This document shows, piece after piece, positions 42,601 through 50,570 of a DNA stretch of 64,000 bases. Made by a program: the position numbers and the translations under genes. Every line of letters starts with the position of its first letter. The first letter of the stretch is position 1. Below the pieces are notes generated by a model. It had not been told where the DNA came from. It ran no database searches and saw only the letters and a program-made list of their open reading frames with translations. The stretch is from an uncultured Candidatus Entotheonella sp. (lineage in GTDB: Bacteria > Tectomicrobia > Entotheonellia > Entotheonellales > Entotheonellaceae): NCBI GenBank assembly GCA_965217185.1, contig OZ244252.1, positions 576,001 to 640,000 on the forward strand, read 5' to 3'.

Positions 42601-43016
42601 CGGAAATCGCCGTCATCGCCGTTCCCGCCACCACCCACGGGCACAACATGACCGGCGACGACTTCGCGCTGACAGCCGGCTGGGGCCATTACGGAACCGG
42701 CGACGCGGTGATGCCGGGCCAAGGCCGCCTCGTCGAGCGCGAATACACGGCGGACGAACGCGCCGCCCTGGGGGACACGATAGCCTCGCTGGGCGAGACG
42801 ACGTTCGACGTGTATCTGAACGCCCGCGCCTTCTGGCGCAACGTCCCCGCCGCCATTTGGGGCTACAAGCTCGGCGGCTACCAGGTGCTCAAGAAGTGGC
42901 TGTCCTACCGCGAGCGCGGTGTTCTGGGGCGGGCGCTGTCGCCGGAGGAGGTGCTGTACTTCGCCGAGACCGGGCGACGGCTTGGGGCGATATTACTGAA
43001 TGAAACCTATATGTAG
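39654..43016 (+). CDS. Single-chain R-M enzyme: N6-adenine methyltransferase with N-terminal PD-(D/E)XK-like region and type ISP-like C-terminal specificity domain, no helicase
   Basis: HPDFG...VEVK; GVWYTP, LDPCCGTG (motif I), GNPPY (motif IV); YRPFD.RW, WGYKLGGYQVLKKWLSYR. Confidence 0.85.
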   Translation: MKQVNTKLAIAVETYFADLARIYASGGATGERSSYGPLANLLNAVGATLRPKVFCVGELADQGAGHPDFGLYAAHQVQRGRPRQGQVPERGVVEVKAPDEDTGSTAIREQVVRYRRRYDLVLVTNLRAFALVVPDETGGERALETFVLAASAGDFARKLETPRAFAGEVAAGLVEYLARALSHRAALAEPKDLAWLLASYARDGLARVEAAGDAPSLAAVRTALEEALGVRFEGDKGARFFHSTLVQTLFYGVFSAWVLWARQLPPPAGRFNWHEAVWHLRAPVLRALFQQLSDPGRLQPLGLVEVLDWTAAALDRVDREAFFSRFNQGEAVPYFYEPFLEAFDADLRKELGVWYTPAEVVRYMVARVDKALKDDLGIPDGLAAENVYVLDPCCGTGAYLAEVLRRIAANLEGRGLGALAGARVKQAATQRVFGFEIMPAPFVVAHLQIGLTMQELDAPLADTGDERPGVFLTNALTGWEPRTTKPLPFPELEEERDRAEKVKQATPILVILGNPPYNGFAGMAVDEERELSDAYRTTRRVRKPEGQGLNDLYVRFFRMAERRIAEKTGQGVVCFISNYSWLDGLSFTGMRERYLEAFDAIRIDCLNGDKYKTGKVAPDGSPDPSIFSTEGDSVGIQVGTAIATLVRKADHTPAGEVGFRHLWGRAKPVELTATAEAEPVALYDPIKPVLPLGLPFVRTATSEGWFDWPALPDLFPVSFPGVKTSRDGFLVDVDLDRLKARIADYFDAALSHEDIARRYPAAMKTTARFDARAIRDALLKHGGPDEAGFMCFAYRPFDSRWLYWEGETKLLDEKRADYRPHVFEGNLWLSAAQHLRKGAEEPQACFTRQLGSLHLIERTALMFPVYLRNDGLRIGGDGQPIPNLSGAAQRYLHCLGAGVEDLFHHVLAALHDPAYREANAGALRMEWPRIPLPGWPAPGSAGILPAADAADALAQSAACGRQLAALLDPDTPVPGVTTGTLRPEIAVIAVPATTHGHNMTGDDFALTAGWGHYGTGDAVMPGQGRLVEREYTADERAALGDTIASLGETTFDVYLNARAFWRNVPAAIWGYKLGGYQVLKKWLSYRERGVLGRALSPEEVLYFAETGRRLGAILLNETYM

Positions 43017-44524
43017 TGCCGAAACGGTAAAGGTGGCAGATCGGGAACAGGGACAGCTGTAAGAATTTCGCCTACAGCATCAGCGAACTTGAGTGTAACA
43101 GGCTGCCCGTCAGCAAATTGGCAGGTGTTGAAGTTGATCTTTGTCAGGCCCATTACGTCCGTCATAACCCTGAGTAGGTCTGCTTTTCCTTTATGGATTT
43201 CGATCAACAAAGGATTAGGCACCTCCCAACCAGGATAGGTATCGAGTCGAGGTATAAACCCCTTGGTCCAAAGATATCCTGTCCATTTGCTTGGCAGGTA
43301 TGCGGTGCCACGCAACACGGGCATCTTACCCGGTCTATAGAGCTTCAGTTCATTAGTCGGGCGAATACGCACACCAACTAAGTTGGTCTCGTCTGGGACG
43401 ACGGATTTGAATCCTTCCCATTCGTCGTTATTAAACCGCGTCTTGCCATGGATAAAAAGCTCAGCGGGAGGCATTCCGTGTAGGTCTCGGTATGCCTCAA
43501 CGACCAGACTCATCAACTCAGAGGCTTTCTCTTTGTTAAGGTGGTATTCCTTGAGTTTATCCGAATACCAGGGACCGACCGCACCTCGAAAGACAACACC
43601 ATCGCCCGAGTCCAAAAACATTTGGGCACCGCAACAGGCATTGCCTGCGGCTGGGTTAGTATGGTCCTGTTTGTAAACCAACCCAACATAACAAACCCCC
43701 GGCCGGACCGATGCAAGTTTCCATGGTTTACCGCTGGCCTTGAAAAAGGCCGTCGTGCAGAGGTTCCAAGCGACTGTGGCAGGGTCTTGGAGCCTCCGAA
43801 CGGGATGACCATTTTCATTGAACAGGTGAGGCGTTAGTGTCGTCTCGCGTACGATTTGAAGGACCGCCTTCTGATCCAAGAGACGAGCTTTCAGCTGATG
43901 GTGAAAGTTAAGCTCGTAACGGTAAATTTCCGCAGCTTTCCGGTCTTCGGGGAAAAGCGAACCTTCACGGAGAATACGCCGTGCGCTCTTAGGTGAAAGA
44001 GGATTATTGCCTTTAATACGTTCTTCACTAGGCACAACTGATTTGGGACGACCGTAGCTGTGAACCTCTTCCGGTATTACAACGAACCAAACAGCAGGCG
44101 GTGCCTCCTCTTGGCGTAAATGCCTGCGTATAGGCTCTGTAAAAAGATCAACCGTCTTATAAATCGCTTCGTATCGATCCTTAATTCGGATTGAATTGCG
44201 GACAGCGTTTTCCGAGATCGTTAGCGCGACAAGGGGGGTTTCTGGCCATCGAGTGCCAAAAACAGCTTGAAATCCAGGCCAACTGGCGTGATGTGGTTTG
44301 TCTGAATTTTCAGGCGGAATGTAACCCCGAATACGCTTTACCCATCCGTGAAAGCAACTCAGACCGTCTGGCGTCCCAATGATGCCGATACGCATCTCAG
44401 CAGGGTTGGCTCTGTCCTCCAAGGGTCCGAACAGAAAAAGTCCGTCCTTCGGATACTCCAACTCCTGGCCGTAGCCAAAGCCTAATCGTGGTTCTTCGAT
44501 GTGTTGAAGTAGAGAGTTTGTCAT
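43007..44524 (-). CDS. Short prokaryotic Argonaute (MID-PIWI, catalytically inactive), SPARTA type
   Basis: 505 aa; IEEP.L.F..GQ...PKDGL.LFGP, FHHQLKARLL, QIVRETTL, KPWKL..VRPGVCYVGLVYK, MFLDSGDG.VF.G, PVTLKFADAVGEIL, PPLPFRHYI. Confidence 0.93.
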   Translation of the reverse strand: MTNSLLQHIEEPRLGFGYGQELEYPKDGLFLFGPLEDRANPAEMRIGIIGTPDGLSCFHGWVKRIRGYIPPENSDKPHHASWPGFQAVFGTRWPETPLVALTISENAVRNSIRIKDRYEAIYKTVDLFTEPIRRHLRQEEAPPAVWFVVIPEEVHSYGRPKSVVPSEERIKGNNPLSPKSARRILREGSLFPEDRKAAEIYRYELNFHHQLKARLLDQKAVLQIVRETTLTPHLFNENGHPVRRLQDPATVAWNLCTTAFFKASGKPWKLASVRPGVCYVGLVYKQDHTNPAAGNACCGAQMFLDSGDGVVFRGAVGPWYSDKLKEYHLNKEKASELMSLVVEAYRDLHGMPPAELFIHGKTRFNNDEWEGFKSVVPDETNLVGVRIRPTNELKLYRPGKMPVLRGTAYLPSKWTGYLWTKGFIPRLDTYPGWEVPNPLLIEIHKGKADLLRVMTDVMGLTKINFNTCQFADGQPVTLKFADAVGEILTAVPVPDLPPLPFRHYI

Positions 44525-45957
44525 ACCGCCTCCCTGTCATTATCTTCTTCATCGTCAAATAGGTTCTCAAACTCCTTTTCATCCAAGTCACCCTCAAGAT
44601 CATCCAGAATGTCGGCCTCCGTTTCGTCTTCTACATGGTCTTCTTCGGCTGCGGGCACTGAACCATTCTCGGCAATAGACAGAGGAGCGTCGAAGTCCAT
44701 CGGAGAGGCGGCGATTGTCGCCACAGCATCACCGCCAAGGGACAGGCTGAATTCCTCCTTTTCGTTCGCTAGGACAGTCACAAAAGCGCGAAGCAGGTCC
44801 CGCCAGCGATCATTCCACCAATTCTTGCAAAAACTCTTTCGCAAACGGGCAGTTCGGGCTTTGCTATCAAGTGGCGTCTTGCCATCTTCAGTGAAGACAA
44901 CATGAGGGCGCAAGACAAGATGCTGTGGAACAGTGAGACTCATCTTGCCTGATACTGCAAAGTGCCAATAGATTTTTCTTTTCTCGCTTCGACCAACCAG
45001 CCGTCGCCGCCGCTGCTTGCCGTTTTCATCTTGAAAAGTGGCAATGTTTCCTTCGATCAGATTGAGGGGGACGAACCACGCACTCCCATGTGCAAACTCA
45101 TAAAGCAATAGGCCCTGACTCTGTGAGAATTGTTCCCATGCTTGGCGGAGAAGTCTGGTTACCATGTTTCGAGCATCTCGCCTCGAGACCTGTGGCCCGT
45201 CGGTTTCCTGGCCATCCAGGAATTGTTGCAGTGGAACGCGATAAGCGTGCTCAAGCGGAATTTCGGGGGTCTGCATTTGAAGCATAGCCGCATCAGCAAA
45301 ACTTACGGCCAGACGGGCATATCGGACTGTGGGAATTTGAAATGTATTGAAGGCACGCAGCATGGCCTCTTGCGATGCATTGAAACGGGAAAAATTGATG
45401 TGGGATGGTAGTGAGGTTATTTGAAACCAGTTAGAGCATACCGATTCCGGTGTATCAGAAATGGAGGCGCTTTGCCGCAGCTTAAACTCCTGCCAAGTGG
45501 CCAGGGCTTCTCCGAAATCGCTAGTCGATTGCGTGATCCGGGCGTCTTGGAGAGTCTTCAGAAGCGTGCTGAATCCGTCTGCCCAGTTATGTGAGAAGTC
45601 AATTGCGTTTAGGCGGATCAACTGTTCGGGAAAGTCCGAGAAGGGAAGGTCATCAAGGCGAACGGGTATGATGAATTGTTTTTTACCAAGCCCGCGACCT
45701 GTATTTACAGAAAGAGCAATCTCATCAAGGACGCCATCTTTCCGGTAAGATTCATGGGATAAAGCAACGATAACGGCGGCGGCTTCCTCTCTGATCACAT
45801 TGCCAATATCTCGCCAGAATGTCTCTCCGCCGAGTAAATTAAGCACATCTGTCCATACTTCATAACCTGCAGCGGTCAAGCGCGTACCCAGCCAAGAGGC
45901 GAATTCATTATCTTCTGGATTGGCGTGGCTGATGAAGACGAGGCGCCGTTCTTTCAT
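44521..45957 (-). CDS. TIR-APAZ protein (SPARTA NADase effector)
   Basis: VFISHANPEDNEFASWL...GYEVWTD...GGETFW...GVLDEI (catalytic Glu); APAZ with WHFAVS, RKSFCKNWWNDRWRD; acidic tail; ATGA overlap with pAgo. Confidence 0.93.
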   Translation of the reverse strand: MKERRLVFISHANPEDNEFASWLGTRLTAAGYEVWTDVLNLLGGETFWRDIGNVIREEAAAVIVALSHESYRKDGVLDEIALSVNTGRGLGKKQFIIPVRLDDLPFSDFPEQLIRLNAIDFSHNWADGFSTLLKTLQDARITQSTSDFGEALATWQEFKLRQSASISDTPESVCSNWFQITSLPSHINFSRFNASQEAMLRAFNTFQIPTVRYARLAVSFADAAMLQMQTPEIPLEHAYRVPLQQFLDGQETDGPQVSRRDARNMVTRLLRQAWEQFSQSQGLLLYEFAHGSAWFVPLNLIEGNIATFQDENGKQRRRRLVGRSEKRKIYWHFAVSGKMSLTVPQHLVLRPHVVFTEDGKTPLDSKARTARLRKSFCKNWWNDRWRDLLRAFVTVLANEKEEFSLSLGGDAVATIAASPMDFDAPLSIAENGSVPAAEEDHVEDETEADILDDLEGDLDEKEFENLFDDEEDNDREAV

Positions 45958-46019
45958 ACAGTTCCTTCTCTTTATCTTCTCGCAGCGGTGTTTTAAGGGG
46001 CCATTTGAGCCTGACAACC

Positions 46020-46451
46020 TCAGAACGCCTCGGGAAGAACGGTGAAGCCCTCTCGATAGCCCGCGTCGCCCAGGCGCCGGTCCAACGACACCAAGCTCTG
46101 TCCTGTTGTGAGCCCTTGGCACCACAAGATGGCAGCGGCCAGTTGAAGCGCGTCTGCTGTTCGCAACGGATGCACGGCCAGCAATCGTTCGGCCGTGCTG
46201 CGCAGCGCCTCACTCGGCTGCATCTCGGTCCAGGCTTGCATCAGGGCCTGCAATAGCCTGCGAGCGGCACGTTCATCTGCGGGTGACAAGGTGCCCTCTC
46301 GTACTTGGCGCATCAGGGCAGAAATACATTCGGTGCGCGTGCCCCACCACACGACCATCGCCGGGTCCTGAACGAGGATCTCCTGTACCGCGTTCGACAG
46401 AGGCTGCTGAACGCATAACGGCACCACAGCCGACGCATCCCAGAATTTCAC
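46020..46451 (-). CDS. vapC: PIN-domain toxin
   Basis: FWDASAVV, TECISAL, LRTADALQLAAA, SLDRRL. Confidence 0.9.
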   Translation of the reverse strand: MKFWDASAVVPLCVQQPLSNAVQEILVQDPAMVVWWGTRTECISALMRQVREGTLSPADERAARRLLQALMQAWTEMQPSEALRSTAERLLAVHPLRTADALQLAAAILWCQGLTTGQSLVSLDRRLGDAGYREGFTVLPEAF

Positions 46452-46738
46452 CGGCCTTCTTCCCGCTCGCGTAAAACCGCCGAGAGCACAGCAGCCTGGG
46501 GATCCGGGGGACGTGGCATGTCCCAGAAGTCCGAAGGCAAAGGCTTCTCCCCGCGTTTGAGCAACCCCTTTTCTTCCAAGGCTCTCAAGTGCTCAGGGAG
46601 GGGAGTAGAATTCGAGAGGGGCAGTAGGCGCGCAATGGGCCGGCCACGCTCAGTGATAACCAGTTCTTCACCGGCTTTGACTTGACGCAAGCAGGCACTC
46701 AATGACACTTTGAGTTGTGATACTGTCGTCGTCCGCAT
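46448..46738 (-). CDS. Phd/YefM family antitoxin
   Basis: TVSQLK..LSACLRQVKAGEELVITERGRPIARL; 4-nt overlap with vapC. Confidence 0.9.
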   Translation of the reverse strand: MRTTTVSQLKVSLSACLRQVKAGEELVITERGRPIARLLPLSNSTPLPEHLRALEEKGLLKRGEKPLPSDFWDMPRPPDPQAAVLSAVLREREEGR

Positions 46739-46780
46739 GAAGTACCCTTTCTGGTCAATAGTATCAGACCGATATAGTCC

Positions 46781-46971
46781 CTAGTAGCTGTTCAACGTAA
46801 TGCACAGGCATGATAAGTTGCCTCCCAGTAAGCTGCTGGCCATAAGCTGGGAGGGATGATTGTGAAGAAGCTCTATGTGGTCCGTTTGAGTGAAGAAGAA
46901 CGGACCGAATTGACGAAACGGGTCAAGTTGCATCATCTCTATCCCGTGATCAAAGATTGACGCACTACTAG
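46781..46971 (+). mobile_element. Internally deleted IS630-family element (MITE-like)
   Basis: Imperfect terminal IRs CTAGTAGCTGTTCAA / TTGACGCACTACTAG; 34-aa ORF 46856-46960 joins IS630-like N-terminus (KKLYVVRLSEEERTEL) to C-terminus (VKLHHLYPVI). Confidence 0.7.
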
Positions 46972-47060
46972 TCATACCGTCGAACAATCAGAGCGGGAAC
47001 ACTTCCGGCGTAATACCCGTCCTGGTCCTTCTCGATGACGACCGTGTATTCGGTGCTCAT
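46968..47060 (-). pseudogene. Truncated HicB-family antitoxin fragment
   Basis: MSTEYTVVIEKDQDGYYAGSVPAL followed by loss of the usual PGC..QG continuation. Confidence 0.65.
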
Positions 47061-47109
47061 GGGATGCTCGCGTGGTTCGGATATTCTTTGGCGTACCCTC
47101 TCACTCTTT

Positions 47110-48249
47110 CTAACCGTCCGATCTCTTGTCAACGAGTGCCTCTCGGTGCGTTTTGTGAGATTCCTCGTAAAAGGTCATCACGTCCAAATCCGGCACTTCT
47201 TCTGGCGCAAAGTACCACGTTGCCATGAGCTTCCCGCCATCCATGGCCCGAACTTTAAGGTCAAAAATTACCTCCTGGGCTGGAAAGGTGGACGCAAGTG
47301 TGTTCCGCACCTGCTTCAAATCTGCCGGGAAGCCAGCACCTTGTCTGGGCACAGTGAGTCTGACGTGCACGAAAAGCAGTGTTTGCTGATCAAAGGTCGC
47401 CAGCCCGTGCGCCGGCGCGAGAGCATCGAGATATTGGCGAATCATCTTGACCTTGTAATCGTCGACGACAATATCACCTAGCAGAGCACGGACGAGCAGG
47501 CGTACGAAACGCACCAGACACGCGACTTGTTCACCGCTCAGGGTCAGGCTGGTGCCCTGCCTGGAACTCGAGAGGGTCAGCGTGCCCTCGGACACGGAGA
47601 AGCCATTTTTATGCACGACCTCATTGCGATACGGCAGCAATTGGCAAAAGAGCGCCTTGGCGTAGGTGTAAAGGTACGGTTGGCTCTCGAATAGGGGCGG
47701 AAGCTGGAAGTCGGGATTTTTTTCCAGCAACGCCGCCTTGCCCTTAAAAGACCGGGGAATGGTTGGGGAATTCTCCTCAAGGACCCACTCGAAGATCATG
47801 TCCAGTGCCTTGAAGGAAGCCACAAACGTGAGGGGCATGATGGCGTTGATGGCCGCTGCACTGTAAAAAGAGGGAAGGTCCTCCTCAGAGACCATTTCTA
47901 TCTGGCAAGTGTTGCTACCGCTCGTGAGTTCGAACACTGGCGGATCGTCCTTGCCCTGAAACCTATCGTCGTGCTTTGCCAGAAAATCGAGAAACCAGAT
48001 TTCATAGTCCAATTTGGTCCGAAGCGTCGTATTTTGGGCGTTGGCCTTTCCTTTCGCTTCCAGCGTCGATCTGATCTGTTCAAAACGTTCGACGGCCTCG
48101 GGCGTGTAAAGACGCTCGCCGCAGCGAAGGCAAACCGCGGCTTGAATTTTCAAGGTCTCCGTGAGATTGCCATCGCGTAAAACCTTCTCAACTTCCTTTT
48201 CAACGATTTCGCTACCACACACCGGACACTTATCCAATGGCGCTGTCAT
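47110..48249 (-). CDS. YgiT-type zinc-finger domain fused to an uncharacterised HEPN-like domain
   Basis: CPVCG...VCLRCGERLYTPE N-terminus; helical region with RNEVVH (Rx4H). Confidence 0.6.
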   Translation of the reverse strand: MTAPLDKCPVCGSEIVEKEVEKVLRDGNLTETLKIQAAVCLRCGERLYTPEAVERFEQIRSTLEAKGKANAQNTTLRTKLDYEIWFLDFLAKHDDRFQGKDDPPVFELTSGSNTCQIEMVSEEDLPSFYSAAAINAIMPLTFVASFKALDMIFEWVLEENSPTIPRSFKGKAALLEKNPDFQLPPLFESQPYLYTYAKALFCQLLPYRNEVVHKNGFSVSEGTLTLSSSRQGTSLTLSGEQVACLVRFVRLLVRALLGDIVVDDYKVKMIRQYLDALAPAHGLATFDQQTLLFVHVRLTVPRQGAGFPADLKQVRNTLASTFPAQEVIFDLKVRAMDGGKLMATWYFAPEEVPDLDVMTFYEESHKTHREALVDKRSDG

Positions 48250-48560
48250 TACGTCCTCCTTTCACGCCAATTGATCCAGCGTACTGGGTCTGGGCGATAG
48301 ACGGTAACCAAGATTGTCTGCTGATTCGTCTCGACGTATGCCCAAACACTGTGGATTGGCTCCCCATCTGCATTGCTCCCATAGATCAGGCAGCTTGGAT
48401 AGGGTCGATCTTCCGGGTAATTTTCGATAATTTCGCCATTATGTACGGAGTAGAATATCCCTTCAAAGTCCAGGACATCATCCTGGGCTTCTTCATCCGC
48501 ATGATGGGTAATGCGATAATTTTGAGAGTCGATAGCCCGGATGATGTCCTGGATATCCAT
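48249..48560 (-). CDS. DUF4258 domain protein (putative RelE-like toxin)
   Basis: ITHHA.EE, GEIIENYPEDRPYPSCLIYG, PIHSV, VTVYRPDP..W; TAATG coupling to the zinc-finger gene. Confidence 0.85.
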   Translation of the reverse strand: MDIQDIIRAIDSQNYRITHHADEEAQDDVLDFEGIFYSVHNGEIIENYPEDRPYPSCLIYGSNADGEPIHSVWAYVETNQQTILVTVYRPDPVRWINWRERRT

Positions 48561-48768
48561 TTATGTGTCTCCATACAAACCTGATCTTACATGGTTTTTC
48601 CGGCGCGCATTCGGCGAGTTGGTGAATTCTGATGAGGATTTGACATTTGGGTCTGTCCACTTGAGACGTGCCGCCGCACGGTCGCCTCGCTTGGGGAAGT
48701 GGGCCGATGCTGTGGCTATCGAACGTGGTGATAGATGAGTTGATTGGCTGGGGAGAGGAGAGAGGAAA

Positions 48769-49875
48769 ATGCCAAAATTGAAGCGTATCCGGCTGGAGGG
48801 TTTCCGGTCCGTCAAAGGCATGGCCCTGGAGCTCCGGCCGCTCAATATCCTGATCGGTGCCAATGGGGCTGGAAAGAGCAACATCATCGCCTTTTTCAAG
48901 CTGGTGAACGAGCTCATGGGCGGACGGCTTCAACAGCATATCGGGGCAACGGGCGGCGCTTCGGCCAACCTGCACTTCGGTCCCAAGATCACCCCGCAAT
49001 TGGAAGCGGAACTGGCGTTTGAGGTTGACAATGGAACCGATACCTATCGGATGAGGCTGTTCCACGCCGCCGGTGATACGCTGATTTTCGCCGAAGAGAC
49101 ACTCTCTTTTCTACAAACGGGCTATTCGCGTCCCAAGGAAGTGCAGTTGGGTGCCGGTCATCAGGAAACGCGCATCGGTGACGAGGCGGCCAAAGACGAA
49201 CCCGTGGCAAGAACGCTCAGGTATTTGCTCAACCACTGTCGCGTCTATCATTTCCACGACACCTCGCCGACGTCGGGAGTCCGGCAGCATTGTTATGTCT
49301 CCGATAGCCGCTGGTTGATGCCGGATGCAGCTAATTTGGCCGCTGTCCTCCACCAGTTGAAGATGGATAACGAGGCCGTTTACCGTCGGATTGTCGGAAC
49401 CATTCGGCAGGTGGCTCCCTTCTTTGACGACTTTGATCTGGAGCCGACCACCGCCCAGCAAATTATTCTCAACTGGCGGCACCGCGCTTCCGATCGCGTG
49501 TTCGGCCCGCATCAGCTTTCGGACGGCACCCTGCGGGCCATCTGTCTGATTGCGTTGCTGTCACAGCCGAAAGAAGACCTCCCCATATTGATCGTGGTGG
49601 ATGAACCCGAACTCGGATTGCATCCGTACGCGCTCAACGTGATCGGTTCGCTGTTTCAGGCGGTCAGCCACCACACGCAAGTCCTCGTCAGTACACAATC
49701 CAGCACGCTTCTCGATGGTTTCGAGCCGCGGGACATTGTGGTTGTCGAGCGCAATGACAAAGACGAGACCACGGAATTCTATAGACCGGACGCCGAGAAA
49801 CTTGAGGAATGGCTGGAAGATTATTCGCTTGGAGAAGTCTGGGAGAAAAACGTCATCGGTGGAGGTCCACACTGA
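48769..49875 (+). CDS. ABC/AAA_21-type ATPase
   Basis: GFRS, LIGANGAGKSN (Walker A), LSDGT signature, VVDEPELGLHP, STQS. Confidence 0.9.
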   Translation: MPKLKRIRLEGFRSVKGMALELRPLNILIGANGAGKSNIIAFFKLVNELMGGRLQQHIGATGGASANLHFGPKITPQLEAELAFEVDNGTDTYRMRLFHAAGDTLIFAEETLSFLQTGYSRPKEVQLGAGHQETRIGDEAAKDEPVARTLRYLLNHCRVYHFHDTSPTSGVRQHCYVSDSRWLMPDAANLAAVLHQLKMDNEAVYRRIVGTIRQVAPFFDDFDLEPTTAQQIILNWRHRASDRVFGPHQLSDGTLRAICLIALLSQPKEDLPILIVVDEPELGLHPYALNVIGSLFQAVSHHTQVLVSTQSSTLLDGFEPRDIVVVERNDKDETTEFYRPDAEKLEEWLEDYSLGEVWEKNVIGGGPH

Positions 49876-50570
49876 TGGTCCGCCTCCATGTCTTTGCGGA
49901 AGGCCGGACGGAACAGACGTTTGCCGATACGGTTCTGAAGCCGCATCTGGCAAACTTGGGCGTCTACATGTCAAAGCCGGTTTTGATTGCCCACGCCCGC
50001 AAGAAGGGCAGGGTTCACCGAGGGGGCGGGAGAGACTTTGCGGCGATGCAGAGCGACATTCGACGGCGTCTCAAACAGGAATCGGGCAACGAGGTGTTTT
50101 TCACCACGATGATCGACCTGTATGCGCTGCATCAAAACTTTCCGGGTTTTGAGGAGGCCGAACAATTTCGTCACGACCCGTACCAGCGAGTAGAGGCCCT
50201 CGAAAAGGCGTGGTCGGATGAGACCGACGACCGGCGTTTTATCCCGTTCATCCAGGTGCATGAATTTGAGGCATACCTGTTTTCCGACGTATCCCAGTTG
50301 GCTCCTTTCTTTGACCACGCAGATGCCCGCATCGCTCGTTTACGACGCGAAGCCAATGAGGTGGGTTCCCCGGAACGGATCAATGACGGGCAGCACTCCT
50401 CGCCATCCAAGCGGATCATCGCCCAATTTCCTGAATACGAGGGCTTGAAAGCGACGGTGGGCCCACAGGCAGCCGAGCGGATTGGCCTGGACGCCATCCG
50501 ATCCCGATGCCCCCATTTTGCAGCGTGGGTTCGTCGACTTGAGCATCTCCCGGAGGAATCCAGGCGTTGA
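49875..50570 (+). CDS. DUF4276 family (TOPRIM-like) protein
   Basis: VFAEGRTEQTF, TTMIDLY, QVHEFEAYLFSD, PERIND...PSKRI, CPHFAAW; TGATG coupling. Confidence 0.85.
   Translation: MVRLHVFAEGRTEQTFADTVLKPHLANLGVYMSKPVLIAHARKKGRVHRGGGRDFAAMQSDIRRRLKQESGNEVFFTTMIDLYALHQNFPGFEEAEQFRHDPYQRVEALEKAWSDETDDRRFIPFIQVHEFEAYLFSDVSQLAPFFDHADARIARLRREANEVGSPERINDGQHSSPSKRIIAQFPEYEGLKATVGPQAAERIGLDAIRSRCPHFAAWVRRLEHLPEESRR

Noticed and set aside
45958..46125. 56-aa N-terminal extension of TIR-APAZ in the ORF track
   Set aside because: Overlaps vapC; the ATG at 45957 has an AAGGA RBS and matches the TIR start
48561..48768. Short ORFs between DUF4258 and the ATPase
   Set aside because: No recognisable motif; probably a divergent promoter region or relic
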